In this document: positions 1-9,101 of the stretch, one piece after another
Layout: each line of letters begins with the position of its first letter
How positions within the stretch are numbered: the stretch's first letter is position 1
NCBI GenBank assembly: GCA_963798085.1
Contig: CAWCRS010000008.1
Coordinates: forward strand, 59,058 to 123,057
From: an uncultured Gemmatimonadales bacterium
Lineage (GTDB): Bacteria > Gemmatimonadota > Gemmatimonadetes > Longimicrobiales > RSA9
DNA: 64,000 bases
Direction: 5' to 3'
Notes under the pieces: model-generated
What the model saw: only the letters and a program-made list of their open reading frames with translations
Told to the model about the DNA's origin: nothing
The model's database searches: none
Position numbers and translations under genes: made by a program

Positions 1-1
1 C

Positions 2-70
2 GTGGCCTGCCTGATTCCGGCGAGTCGCGCGGCCGCGGTGGACCCGGCCATCGCCCTGCGCCGCAGCTGA
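2..70 (+). CDS. 3' end of an FtsX/MacB-type ABC permease (partial; starts upstream of the window)
   Basis: Frame 2 reads VACLIPASRAAAVDPAIALRRS*. This is the same C-terminal signature (LPARRAARVDP..ALR) seen in the full-length permeases ending at 45569, 49136 and 53729. Confidence 0.6.
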   Translation: MACLIPASRAAAVDPAIALRRS

Positions 71-146
71 GGGAGCCGCAGCGGCTGTCGCCGGTGTGCC
101 GCCGTCCATTGCCGGCGACGCACGGAGTGGCGGTATGGCGCGCCGC

Positions 147-566
147 TCAATGAAGCAGTGGCTTCTGGAACGTGTGGGCGAAACGGTCGCAGCAGGGGTC
201 CGTCAGCTGCAGGCTGAGTGTGCCCGTGACGCGCGCCGTGTCTTCGTCCAGCGTGTCGAAGTCGAAGAGCTTGAGGGGCGGCGTGAAGGTCAGCACCCAT
301 GCGATCGAGCCATCTTCGGCTGTGTCCGGTGAGGCGCTGAAGTCGGAGGTGAGTGTGTGCTGCTGGTCGCGGTACGCGCGCGCCTGACCGTCGCCGGTCA
401 GCTCGAGGCGCACGTGATAGCCATCGTTGCCGGGTGTGTGCTGCATGGCCGCGATGCCGCCCACCGAGCTGGTCCACTCCCACGTCCCGGTGTACACACT
501 GTCCAGCACCGGCCCGTCCGCCGAGTCACAGGCGCAGATCAACGACGCAGCCGCGATTCGGATCAT
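147..566 (-). CDS. hypothetical lipoprotein (about 139 aa)
   Basis: Inner part of ORF 147..833. The ATG at 566 gives MIRIAAASLICACDS (signal peptide plus lipobox-like Cys). The upstream part of the ORF is Arg/Ala-rich GC noise. Confidence 0.45.
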   Translation of the reverse strand: MIRIAAASLICACDSADGPVLDSVYTGTWEWTSSVGGIAAMQHTPGNDGYHVRLELTGDGQARAYRDQQHTLTSDFSASPDTAEDGSIAWVLTFTPPLKLFDFDTLDEDTARVTGTLSLQLTDPCCDRFAHTFQKPLLH

Positions 567-872
567 CCACTGCAAGCGCACGACAGCCTCCTCGCCTCGA
601 TCTCCCTGGAGGAACGCCCGGGCGCGGGTCCTGCTAACACAACCTGCGAGCCCAGCGCCGGCCTGCCGGGCAGGGCGCCTCCGCATCGGTGTTCCCGCAA
701 GTGCACGGATTGTTCCATCGGATCGGGTTTTCACAGCGCAGGCGACGACGGGTCCCCCTGCCCGCCCGCGCGCACGCCGCCATGTCGAAGACGGGGCAGG
801 GCTCGTACATTCGGCCCTGTCGGTCCCGCTCACGAGCCTATCCGCCGCGACCCGCGCGGCGAAAGGAGCGTC

Positions 873-2855
873 ATGCGCATCCTTCGGGCCTGGCCGGTCG
901 CACTGGGCGCACTGTTGTCCGCCTCCGCAGCCCAGGCCCTGCCCTTCGCCGGGTCCGCCCCTGCCGCAGACTCCGCCGTACAGCAGCCTGTGAAGGGGAG
1001 ACAGTTACAGGAGCGGCCTAACACCAATGCAGCGCCCGCAGCGGCGGGCGGCCCGGTGGATGCGCACGAGGTCGAGGCCTTCCTGGACGGCGTAATGGCC
1101 GCCGCGCTGCGCGATCACCACGTCGTGGGCGCGACCGTTGCCCTGGTGCGCAATGGCAGCGTGCTCTTCGAGAAGGGCTACGGTTGGTCCAATGAAGCCA
1201 CGCGCAAGCCGGTCGATGCGGAGCGCACACTGTTCCGCGTGGGATCCATCTCCAAGCTCTTCACGTTCACCGCGGTCATGCAGCTGGTGGAGCAGGGCAA
1301 GCTCGACCTGGACAAGGATGTGAGCAGCTACCTCGAGTTCACCATCCCGGCCACCTTCCAGCAACCGATAACACTGCGCCATCTGCTGACGCATACGCCC
1401 GGCTTCGAAGACCGGAACCTCGGCCTGTTCAACCCGGACACCATGCCGCGCGGCGAGTGGCTGGCGCGCAACATCCCGGCTCGCGTACGCCCGCCCGGAC
1501 AGCTCGCGTCGTACTCGAATTTCGGCGCCGCGCTGGCCGGCCACATCGTGGAACGCGTGTCGGGCGAGTCGTGGGAAGACTACATCGCTTCGCACATCCT
1601 GCAACCGCTGGGCATGCAGTACGCCACGGGGAAACAGCCACTGCCTGCGGCCCTCGCGCCGTGGATGTCCACGGGCTACGGTCTCGAGTCCGGCCACGCG
1701 GTCGAAAAGCCATTCGAGGTGCTGCAGGGTTTCGCACCCGCCGGGTCCGTGAGTGCCAGCGCGGGCGACATCGCGCGCTTCATGATCGCGCACCTGCAGG
1801 ATGGCGAGTACAACGGCGCACGCATTCTCGAGGCGAGGACCGCGCAGCAGATGCATGCGCGCGCTTTCGGCCACGATGACCGGCTGAACGGCTACGCGCT
1901 CGGCTTCTATGAGAAGAGCAGTCACGGCCTGCGCATCATCGGCCATGGCGGCGACACGCAGTGGTTCCACTCCGACCTTGCCCTCATCCCCGCCGAGCAG
2001 CTTGGTCTGTTCGTGTCATTCAACACCAGCTCCGGCAGCGCGCTGAGCTTCGGGCCTTTCCTCGAGATGTTCCTGGATCACTACTATCCTCAGGCCGACA
2101 CCCTGTTGGCTGCGGACTCTACCGTCGATCTCTCGCGCTTTGCCGGCAGCTATCGTTCCGACCGCCGCTCGTACACGACATTCGAAAAATTCAGTGGATT
2201 GTTCGGCGACGTGGAAATAAGCTGGGATCACAAGGGCCATCTGATTGCGCAGACGCCCATCGGCGAGATCCGCAGCGTGCAGGTGGGAAAGGACCTGTTC
2301 CAACGCGTCGATAAGGGCGAGCGCATGGCTTTCCGGGAGGACGCGTCCGGTCGCGTGACCTGGCTGTTCCTCGATCAGGCTCCCATGCTCGCGTTCCAGC
2401 GTGTGCGTGGTCTCGATTCAGGAACGCTGCACGCTGTGGTACTGATCGCCGGCATCGCGCTCTTGCTTTCCGTGCTGCTGGCCGCGCCGGTGCGCTGGCT
2501 GCTGGGTCGCCGCTTCGCCGAGCTGCGACCCGGGCGAGGTCCGGCGCGGCGCGCGCGCCAGGCGGCATTCGCCATGTCGCTGCTGTTCCTGCTCTTCGGC
2601 GTCGGCCTTGCCCTGGCCACGACGGCCGGGCAAACGGCCGTTATCGAAGGCCATGTCCGCTGGGTCGCACTGGCCATGACGCTCGGCGTAGCGGGCGCCG
2701 TGCTCGCGATACCCGTCGTCGTCTACGCCGTACGCGCGTGGACCGGGCACTGGTGGGGATTCTGGGGACGGCTCCACTACACGCTGCTCACGCTCGGCGT
2801 CATCGCCTTCATCTGGTCGCTGAATTACTGGAGGCTTCTCGGCTGGCACTTCTGA
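873..2855 (+). CDS. serine hydrolase, beta-lactamase/PBP-like family, with a C-terminal multi-TM extension
   Basis: ATG at 873 is preceded by GAAAGGAG, followed by signal peptide MRILRAWPVALGALLSASAAQA. Motifs: SxxK (SISK) and YSN. The last ~170 aa contain several hydrophobic helices. Confidence 0.85.
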   Translation: MRILRAWPVALGALLSASAAQALPFAGSAPAADSAVQQPVKGRQLQERPNTNAAPAAAGGPVDAHEVEAFLDGVMAAALRDHHVVGATVALVRNGSVLFEKGYGWSNEATRKPVDAERTLFRVGSISKLFTFTAVMQLVEQGKLDLDKDVSSYLEFTIPATFQQPITLRHLLTHTPGFEDRNLGLFNPDTMPRGEWLARNIPARVRPPGQLASYSNFGAALAGHIVERVSGESWEDYIASHILQPLGMQYATGKQPLPAALAPWMSTGYGLESGHAVEKPFEVLQGFAPAGSVSASAGDIARFMIAHLQDGEYNGARILEARTAQQMHARAFGHDDRLNGYALGFYEKSSHGLRIIGHGGDTQWFHSDLALIPAEQLGLFVSFNTSSGSALSFGPFLEMFLDHYYPQADTLLAADSTVDLSRFAGSYRSDRRSYTTFEKFSGLFGDVEISWDHKGHLIAQTPIGEIRSVQVGKDLFQRVDKGERMAFREDASGRVTWLFLDQAPMLAFQRVRGLDSGTLHAVVLIAGIALLLSVLLAAPVRWLLGRRFAELRPGRGPARRARQAAFAMSLLFLLFGVGLALATTAGQTAVIEGHVRWVALAMTLGVAGAVLAIPVVVYAVRAWTGHWWGFWGRLHYTLLTLGVIAFIWSLNYWRLLGWHF

Positions 2856-3783
2856 CGGTCGTGTGGCGCCCGATCCCCAGCGTGTCCAGCACCGGAGGCC
2901 AGCCTTCCCGCACACTACGCCACTGCGGCGCCCAGCCACTGGCCGCACGCAGCTTGTGATTCGAGATGCGCAGCGAGCGAGACAGCATCTCACCAATGGA
3001 CCCCAACAGCGGTGTAAGCCACGCGGGCAGCAGGCGGGGCGGCGGGACGCCGAGCCTTCCCGCGAGCGAGCCGACGAAATCGCGCCGCGGCAGCGGCTCG
3101 TCATCCACGACGTTGTAGACGCCGGCGGGTACCCGCAGCGCGGCCAGCACGGCGGACGCGGCGTCGTCGTGCGAGACCGAAGAAAGAAATGCGTCGCCTG
3201 AACCAGGTAGCGGAGCCCGTCCCTTCTGCACCGCGTGAATCAGGTCGATGACGAAGCTGGAGTCCGGGCCGTAGAACAGCGCGAAGCGCAGGACAATGCC
3301 GTCGCCGCCCGTGTCAGTGAAGTGTTGTGCGCTGGCTTCCGCATCCAGCAGCGAGCGATTGTAGCGCGACGGCTGCAACGGCTGGTTCTCATCGATCCAG
3401 TCGACACCGTGGTCCGCGTAGATGGGTGCGAACGACTCCTGAATGAAGCGCGGCACCCATGCCTGCCTCGCTGCCGCCACGAGGTTGGCGGAGGCTTCGC
3501 GGCGTATGCGGTCATTCTCCCGCCATGCGCCCGGCAGGAATGTGCGGTAGCCCGTGGGCAGATGCGTCGCCAGGTTGATGATCGCATCGTGGCCATCGAC
3601 GGCGCGCTCGACCGCGCCGCGGTCGAAGAGATCCAGCGACAGCACGCGCGCGCCGGCTTTTTCGAGAGCCGGGCGCTTACCCGGTGCATGCCCGACCGCC
3701 GTCACCGCATCAGCCTGCGCCAGCAGTCGCGGCACAAGGCGCCGGCCGATCACGCCGGTCGCACCAGTCACAAGGATGCGCAT
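2809..3783 (-). CDS. NAD-dependent epimerase/dehydratase (extended SDR)
   Basis: MRILVTGATGVIGRRL Rossmann GxxGxxG motif at the N-terminus (ATG at 3783). Confidence 0.85.
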   Translation of the reverse strand: MRILVTGATGVIGRRLVPRLLAQADAVTAVGHAPGKRPALEKAGARVLSLDLFDRGAVERAVDGHDAIINLATHLPTGYRTFLPGAWRENDRIRREASANLVAAARQAWVPRFIQESFAPIYADHGVDWIDENQPLQPSRYNRSLLDAEASAQHFTDTGGDGIVLRFALFYGPDSSFVIDLIHAVQKGRAPLPGSGDAFLSSVSHDDAASAVLAALRVPAGVYNVVDDEPLPRRDFVGSLAGRLGVPPPRLLPAWLTPLLGSIGEMLSRSLRISNHKLRAASGWAPQWRSVREGWPPVLDTLGIGRHTTVRSASREASSNSATR

Positions 3784-3862
3784 CGTTTGCCTCCGCGCAG
3801 GAACATCATCCGACAACCGCCCGCATCAGCCGATACCGACGCTTCACGCACAGACCACGCCG

Positions 3863-3892
3863 TTGACTTCACGGGCGGCGCCAGCATATGTA
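3863..3892 (+). promoter_or_regulatory. candidate sigma70-type promoter for the GMC oxidoreductase gene
   Basis: TTGACT at 3863-3868 is followed 17-18 nt later by an AT-rich TATGTAAT block, inside an otherwise GC-rich intergenic region about 130 bp upstream of the ATG at 4022. Confidence 0.25.
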
Positions 3893-4021
3893 ATAGCCCG
3901 CGACCGGAGCGGGCTTCGCTACCGCCCGGGCAGGGCGGTATCTGCGCTCCGGTCGTGCCCGCCCGGTGCCGCTGCCGGCAAGACCGACCCGTTCACTTCT
4001 CCCGACAGGAAGGCCATTACC

Positions 4022-6617
4022 ATGGCGGATTTCGGCGACAACGTGGGCATCCGCTTCGTCGAAGCGATGTCAGGCTATGTGCGCGGCGATACCTCGGTGG
4101 TGCCGGAAGATGATACAGGCTGGCTCGTGATGGAGGTGAACATCAACATTCCCGCGGCTGCGGGATTTCCTGAGCATGCAGACGCACACGGCGCAGATCG
4201 TCGGTGGTCATGTTTCCTGGAAGCCGTTCGTGGCGGACGTCGCCGTGCAGCCCGGCACCATCGTGATGTTCCGCGCCGATGATGCGACGCGACGCCGCAA
4301 GTTCATCGATCTTTCGTTCAGCTTCCCGTCGGGTCAGGGCTACGATCTCGCGGCCCAGGCACGCAAGACCCTGTTCAACGATGACGGCTTCGATGCGGCC
4401 GCCGACCTGTCGACCGCGCAGCTGTCGCTCTCCGCGGCGGGACGCGAGGTGGCCCGCGGCACGATCAGCGTGCACCCGCGCGAATTCGTGCGCCAGCTGG
4501 ATGAGCTGGTCGTCACCGGTGCGCACCGCGCGGACGAGGAGCAGGCGGCGAAGGATGCGTTCATCGCGTTCATGAACCACGAGCTGGGCGAGCTGTATCC
4601 GGGCATGCCGCTGGTACAGGAAGAGCCGGGCCACCTCACACCGGACGAAAAACGTACGCTCGAGCTGTGCATCCGCTGCCTGCTGCCGGATCCGCTGCCG
4701 CCCGGTGGTGCGCAGATGAACGACATCATCGACAGCCTCGAGAGCACACTGGCCCAGAGCGAGTCGGCCGAGCTGAGCACCATCCGCGGCTACATCCGCA
4801 CGGCCGGCCTGATCGTGCCCATCATCGGCAAGGATGTGAACGCGGTGCGCCGCTTCATTGCCGACTCCCTCAGGAGCAGTGCACTCACACCCGTGCGTGA
4901 TGTCATGAGCATGCTGCACTCGCTCGTGGTGTTTCCCTACTGGGCGCACAGCAAGACGGACGGGCTGAGTGGCTACAGGCGGCCGGTGCACAAACCGCAC
5001 GGCGCCGCCAAACTGCCTGTTATGCCGGAGCCGCCGGACCAGGAATTCGATGTCGTGATCGCGGGGTCGGGGCCGGCCGGCACCCTGCTCGCCGCCCGCC
5101 TCGCGGCCGCGGACAGGTCCGTGCTGCTGCTCGAGGCCGGACCCTACATCCCCGAGAAGGAAATGGGGCCGGACGAGCTGGAGAGCATCGCGAAGCTGTA
5201 CAAGGAAGCGGGCCTGCAGCGTGCCAACCAGCCGGAATCGATCTTCGATCAGCCCGGTCCTTCGTTCTTCGTATTGCAGGGACAGTGCGTGGGTGGCGGC
5301 GGCATTGTCAACAACGCGGTGTGCTTCCAGCTGCCGGCGCACAAGCTGCTGCAGTGGCAGGCGGTGGGTTTCCCCATCGCGGAAGTGGACCTGCGCAGCG
5401 CGTACCGTCGCGTGGCCATGGAGCTGCCCATCATTCCCATCGGCGAGTCGACGCCGCTGCTCAATCCGGCCGGTCCGTTCCTGGAGAAACAGTTCGGCCC
5501 CATACGCAAGCCGTCGGTCGAGGATCCGCCCGAGACCGGGCTGTTCGAGTGCCTGGTCAATCTCGAGCGGCGCACCAGTGCCGACGACAGCACCGGCTGC
5601 ATTGGATCGGGGCTCTGCAATGTGGGCTGCGGCTCGGAGCGCAAGCGCAACGGCGTGCAGGTATACCTGCCGACCGCGGTTGCTAACGGTTGTGTTATCG
5701 TGCCCGATGCGCGCGTCACGGAAGTGAAGCTGGCGGCGGCTGTGCCGGGCGGGCCGCGCCGCGCCACGGGCGTGGTGGCGCGGCTCAGGGATGGGCGTAC
5801 CGTGACGGTGCGCGCCCGCCAGGTGATCCTGGCCGCAGGTCCGATCGGCAGCACGGAGATCCTGCTGCGCTCGCGCGATCTCGAGGACCCCATCCGCACG
5901 CTGCGCCTGCCCGTGGGCAGCCGCTTCTCCGCCAACATCGGATCACCCCTGTTCGCCTTCATGCCCAATGCCGTCGAGCTGCCACCCGGCGTGCAGATCG
6001 CGCACTACTACATGCCGCCCGGCGCCGACGACGGATTCGTCGTGGAGACCTGGTACAACCCGCCGGGCGCCAACGCGCTGGCCACGCCCGGCTACATGCA
6101 GGAGCACTTCGATCGCATGAAGCAGTACACATCGACCATCGCGGCGGCGCCACTGGTGGGCACCCGGGCGCGCGGTCAGGTCAAGCTGCAGAACGGCAGG
6201 GTCGCCGTGCGCCTGCCCGTGGACGGCCGCGAAGTCGAGCGCGTGGCCGCAGGCCTATGCACGCTGGGCAAGGCGTTCCTCAAGGGCGGCGCGCGATCCG
6301 TGCTGGCAGGATTCGAGGGCGGACGCACGCTGAAGAACGAGGCCGATGCTGACAAGTTGCAGAAGGACCTGGTAGCCGTGGCGAACAATCGCGACCGGCT
6401 GCACCAGCTCCAGGTGGGTACAGGCCATCCGCAGGGCGGCAATCCCATGAGCGACGACCCCCGCATCGGCGTGCTCGACGCCGCCTTCCGCGTGCGCGGC
6501 ATCGACAATCTGCGCGTCTGCAATGGCAGCATATTCCCGGATAGCGCGGGCGTGAACCCGCAGTGGACCATCATGGCGCTGGCCGACTGCTGCGCCCAGG
6601 CCGTATTGCGTTCCTGA
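4022..6617 (+). CDS. GMC-family FAD oxidoreductase with an N-terminal extension; interrupted by an apparent frameshift near 4150
   Basis: ATG at 4022 is preceded by GGAAGG. The N-terminal piece MADFGDNVGIRFVEAMSGYV..GWLVMEVNINI continues in another frame as PRLRDFLSMQTHTAQIVGGHVSW. FAD motif FDVVIAGSGPAGTLLAARLA. The long ORF 4176..6617 forms the C-terminal body. Confidence 0.8.
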
Positions 6618-6702
6618 ACCGGTACACCGCGCCGGCACTGAATCGCGGCGGCCGCAGGGTCGCTGCCATACCGTTCATTCCTGCCATTCGCCCCCGTAAA
6701 AC

Positions 6703-6788
6703 ATTGATTCACCCCACAACGCGCGCTCGAAGTGCGTGCTCCTGATTAGAGATAGAAGCGTCACCCCTAGATTGTTCACCCCGCAACG
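6703..6788 (+). promoter_or_regulatory. pair of direct repeats upstream of the orphan LytTR regulator gene
   Basis: ATTGATTCACCCCACAACG (6703-6721) and ATTGTTCACCCCGCAACG (6771-6788), the second ending 10 bp before the start codon at 6798. Confidence 0.3.
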
Positions 6789-6797
6789 GAGCGGCGC

Positions 6798-7613
6798 GTG
6801 TCTTTGCTCAAGCGTAACCTGCGCACTCTGATCGTGGACAATGAAGCGCCCGCGCGCGAGAGCATCCGCGAGCGGCTGCGCGAGCTTCCCGGTTTCGAAG
6901 TCGTGGGCGAAAGTGCCAATGCGCTGGCCGCCATTCGCGACGTGCTGGCCCTGCGACCCAATGTGGTCTTCCTCGACATCCAGCTGCCTCGCCTGGACGG
7001 CTTCAATGTGCTCGAGGCGGTGGCCCGCCAGCACGCGCCGCTGGTGGTGTTCGTGACTGCATGGGAGGAACTCGCCGTGCGCGCCTTCGAGGCGCACGCC
7101 ATCGACTATCTGCTCAAGCCCTTCTCGCGCGAGCGCTTTCTGCAGGCGGCGGAGCGCGTGCGCTCGGCCGCGCTCAACAGCGCACTGCTTGCCGCGCACC
7201 ACCGCGCCACGGCCACGCTCCTGGACAGTCGCGCGGGCGCTTCGCCCAGGGAAAGCCGGCTGGCGCTGCGTGACGCGCGCGGCTTCCGCTTCGTCTTCCT
7301 TTCCGACATCGAGTGGATCGAATCGGCCGACAACTACGTGCGCATCCACGCGCACGGCGGCAACTACCTTGAGCGGCAGACCCTGAACGAACTCGAGGCG
7401 ACGCTGGACCCCGAACGTTTTCTGCGCGTACACCGCCGCTTCCTCGTGAACGTCCAGCACGTGGACCGCGTGCTGCCGGGCAGCAATGGCGGCTGTGCCG
7501 TGCGCATGAAGGATGGCACCATGCTGCGCATGAGCCGGTACCGCCGGCCCGTGCTGCTCAGCCGGCTGGCCGACATCGGCACACCGCCCGCGCAGCAGGA
7601 AGAAAGCGCCTGA
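6798..7613 (+). CDS. LytR/AlgR-family response regulator (REC + LytTR), with no adjacent kinase
   Basis: The REC domain (LIVDNE..VFLDIQLPRLDG..DYLLKPF) is followed by a LytTR domain (IEWIESADNYVRIH..FLRVHRRFLVN). GTG start. Confidence 0.85.
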   Translation: MSLLKRNLRTLIVDNEAPARESIRERLRELPGFEVVGESANALAAIRDVLALRPNVVFLDIQLPRLDGFNVLEAVARQHAPLVVFVTAWEELAVRAFEAHAIDYLLKPFSRERFLQAAERVRSAALNSALLAAHHRATATLLDSRAGASPRESRLALRDARGFRFVFLSDIEWIESADNYVRIHAHGGNYLERQTLNELEATLDPERFLRVHRRFLVNVQHVDRVLPGSNGGCAVRMKDGTMLRMSRYRRPVLLSRLADIGTPPAQQEESA

Positions 7614-7640
7614 AGCGCAGGTAACGGTTACGCGCGTCGC

Positions 7641-9101
7641 TCAGCGCAGGGCGGGTCGCAGATCGAGCGGGATGTCCACTGGCGGCGCGTCGTGCCAGGT
7701 GATGCGCACGACCACCTGCTCCGTGCCGGGCGGCACCTCGAAGATCACGCGGTCGCGGTCGGAACTGCCCTTCCGCACATCCTCCGACACACTGACGAAG
7801 GGTTCACGCGTTTCGCCGTCGACGACAAGGCGGAACGGCTCGGGCCCGAAATGCAGCACGCCGTCACTGTGGTTGGCGAAATCGAACCACACGAAGACCT
7901 GCAGCAGGTTGGCGAAGCGGCGCACCACGTAGCGCCGGGGCGTAATGGTAACGTCGCTGTTCTGGAACGCGGGGTTGTCCGTCGCGACGGGCAGTTCCAC
8001 CGTTACGGCGCGCGAGAGCGCATCGCCCGGATCCGCGGTGTCAGCGGGCGTCACCGGTGCGCCGGGTGTCAGGTCGAGCGGCAGCTCCGCCGTCTTCCCG
8101 CCACTGCGTACGCGCAGCGTTGCGCTGCTCGCCGAGCCGGGTACCTCGAACAGCACTTCGCCCTGCTCGATGGACATGGCCGGGACCATCCGTCCAATGG
8201 GATCGACCGGCGCATACTCGCGGTTGCCAATGAGGAGGCGAAAGGAATCGTCGCCGGTGGCGGCGCCGCTCTCACCCTCGTTCACGAAGCGCATGCGCAG
8301 CCGCAGCGTGCGCACGCGGCCGTGCCGCGCGAGACTGCCCCAGAGCAGCGTGTAGACTTCACGACCCAGCACCATCTCGGACACGTGCGGCACCGCGATG
8401 CGCAGTGCCGCGCCGCTGGCACCGCGCGCGCTGGCGCCTCCGCCCGGACGCGTCAGCCGCGGTACCAGCAGTGCCACGGCGAGGAGCGCAGCGCCCATGG
8501 CGGCCCACACGAGCAGCGGCACACCCCGGCGGTGCGCCACGCCGGCGACCGCTGTTGCGCCTGCGCCGGCAGGTGTGGTGCCGAGAATCTTGTGGATGGC
8601 GGCGGCCAGCCGGTCGACATCGCCGTCCCATGATTCATCGCGCAGCGTGATGGCTTCGCGCCGCACCAGCGCGCGCATGTCTTCCGGCAGCTGCTCCTCC
8701 GCCGGCATGCCTGCGCCTTCCGTCAGCACCGGGATGACCACGACGTTGTCGCGCGCGAGTGCCACCGCCACCTCGCGGCGCACGTAGTCGCCCGGCTGCT
8801 GCAGCCGCAGCGTGCCGCTGCGGTCGCGGGCCTCGAGCCAGTCCCTGCCTATGAGCGTGAGGAACACACGACAGGCGTGCACGCGTTCGTCGATTGTGGC
8901 GACGAAGTCCTGTCCCGGCTCCAGCGTGTCCACATCGCGGAATACTTCGCCCCGGCCCACGCGCTCCTCGAGTGAATCGCGGAGCCGGCCGGCGTATCCC
9001 GCCGAGTCGTCACGCCGGTAACTGAGGAAGATGCCAGGCACGAAACGCAATATATTCCGTCGCCATGGTGACTGAAAGCATCGCACATGGGAAGGGGCCA
9101 T
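7641..9101 (-). CDS. membrane-anchored TIR-domain protein (TIR, one TM helix, two tandem beta-rich repeats)
   Basis: TIR_2-like N-terminus: IFLSYRRDDSAGYAGRLRDSL..DYVRREVAVALARDNVVVIPVL. TM helix: LLVWAAMGAALLAVALLV. The C-terminal region has two ~125-aa repeats, each ending FEVP....PLDL. The start is uncertain: the ATG at 9101 overlaps the divergent AKR start, and a GTG at 9041 would give (M)PGIFLSYRR. Confidence 0.8.
   Translation of the reverse strand: MAPSHVRCFQSPWRRNILRFVPGIFLSYRRDDSAGYAGRLRDSLEERVGRGEVFRDVDTLEPGQDFVATIDERVHACRVFLTLIGRDWLEARDRSGTLRLQQPGDYVRREVAVALARDNVVVIPVLTEGAGMPAEEQLPEDMRALVRREAITLRDESWDGDVDRLAAAIHKILGTTPAGAGATAVAGVAHRRGVPLLVWAAMGAALLAVALLVPRLTRPGGGASARGASGAALRIAVPHVSEMVLGREVYTLLWGSLARHGRVRTLRLRMRFVNEGESGAATGDDSFRLLIGNREYAPVDPIGRMVPAMSIEQGEVLFEVPGSASSATLRVRSGGKTAELPLDLTPGAPVTPADTADPGDALSRAVTVELPVATDNPAFQNSDVTITPRRYVVRRFANLLQVFVWFDFANHSDGVLHFGPEPFRLVVDGETREPFVSVSEDVRKGSSDRDRVIFEVPPGTEQVVVRITWHDAPPVDIPLDLRPALR

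Noticed and set aside
2809-2855. Convergent gene pairs with 47-62 bp overlapping 3' ends (2809-2855, 18799-18860, 49698-49745) as possible antisense regulation.
   Set aside because: The overlapping tails are non-conserved-looking extensions, which are common where stop codons are rare in high-GC DNA. With the indel errors evident in this assembly, the true stops may differ.
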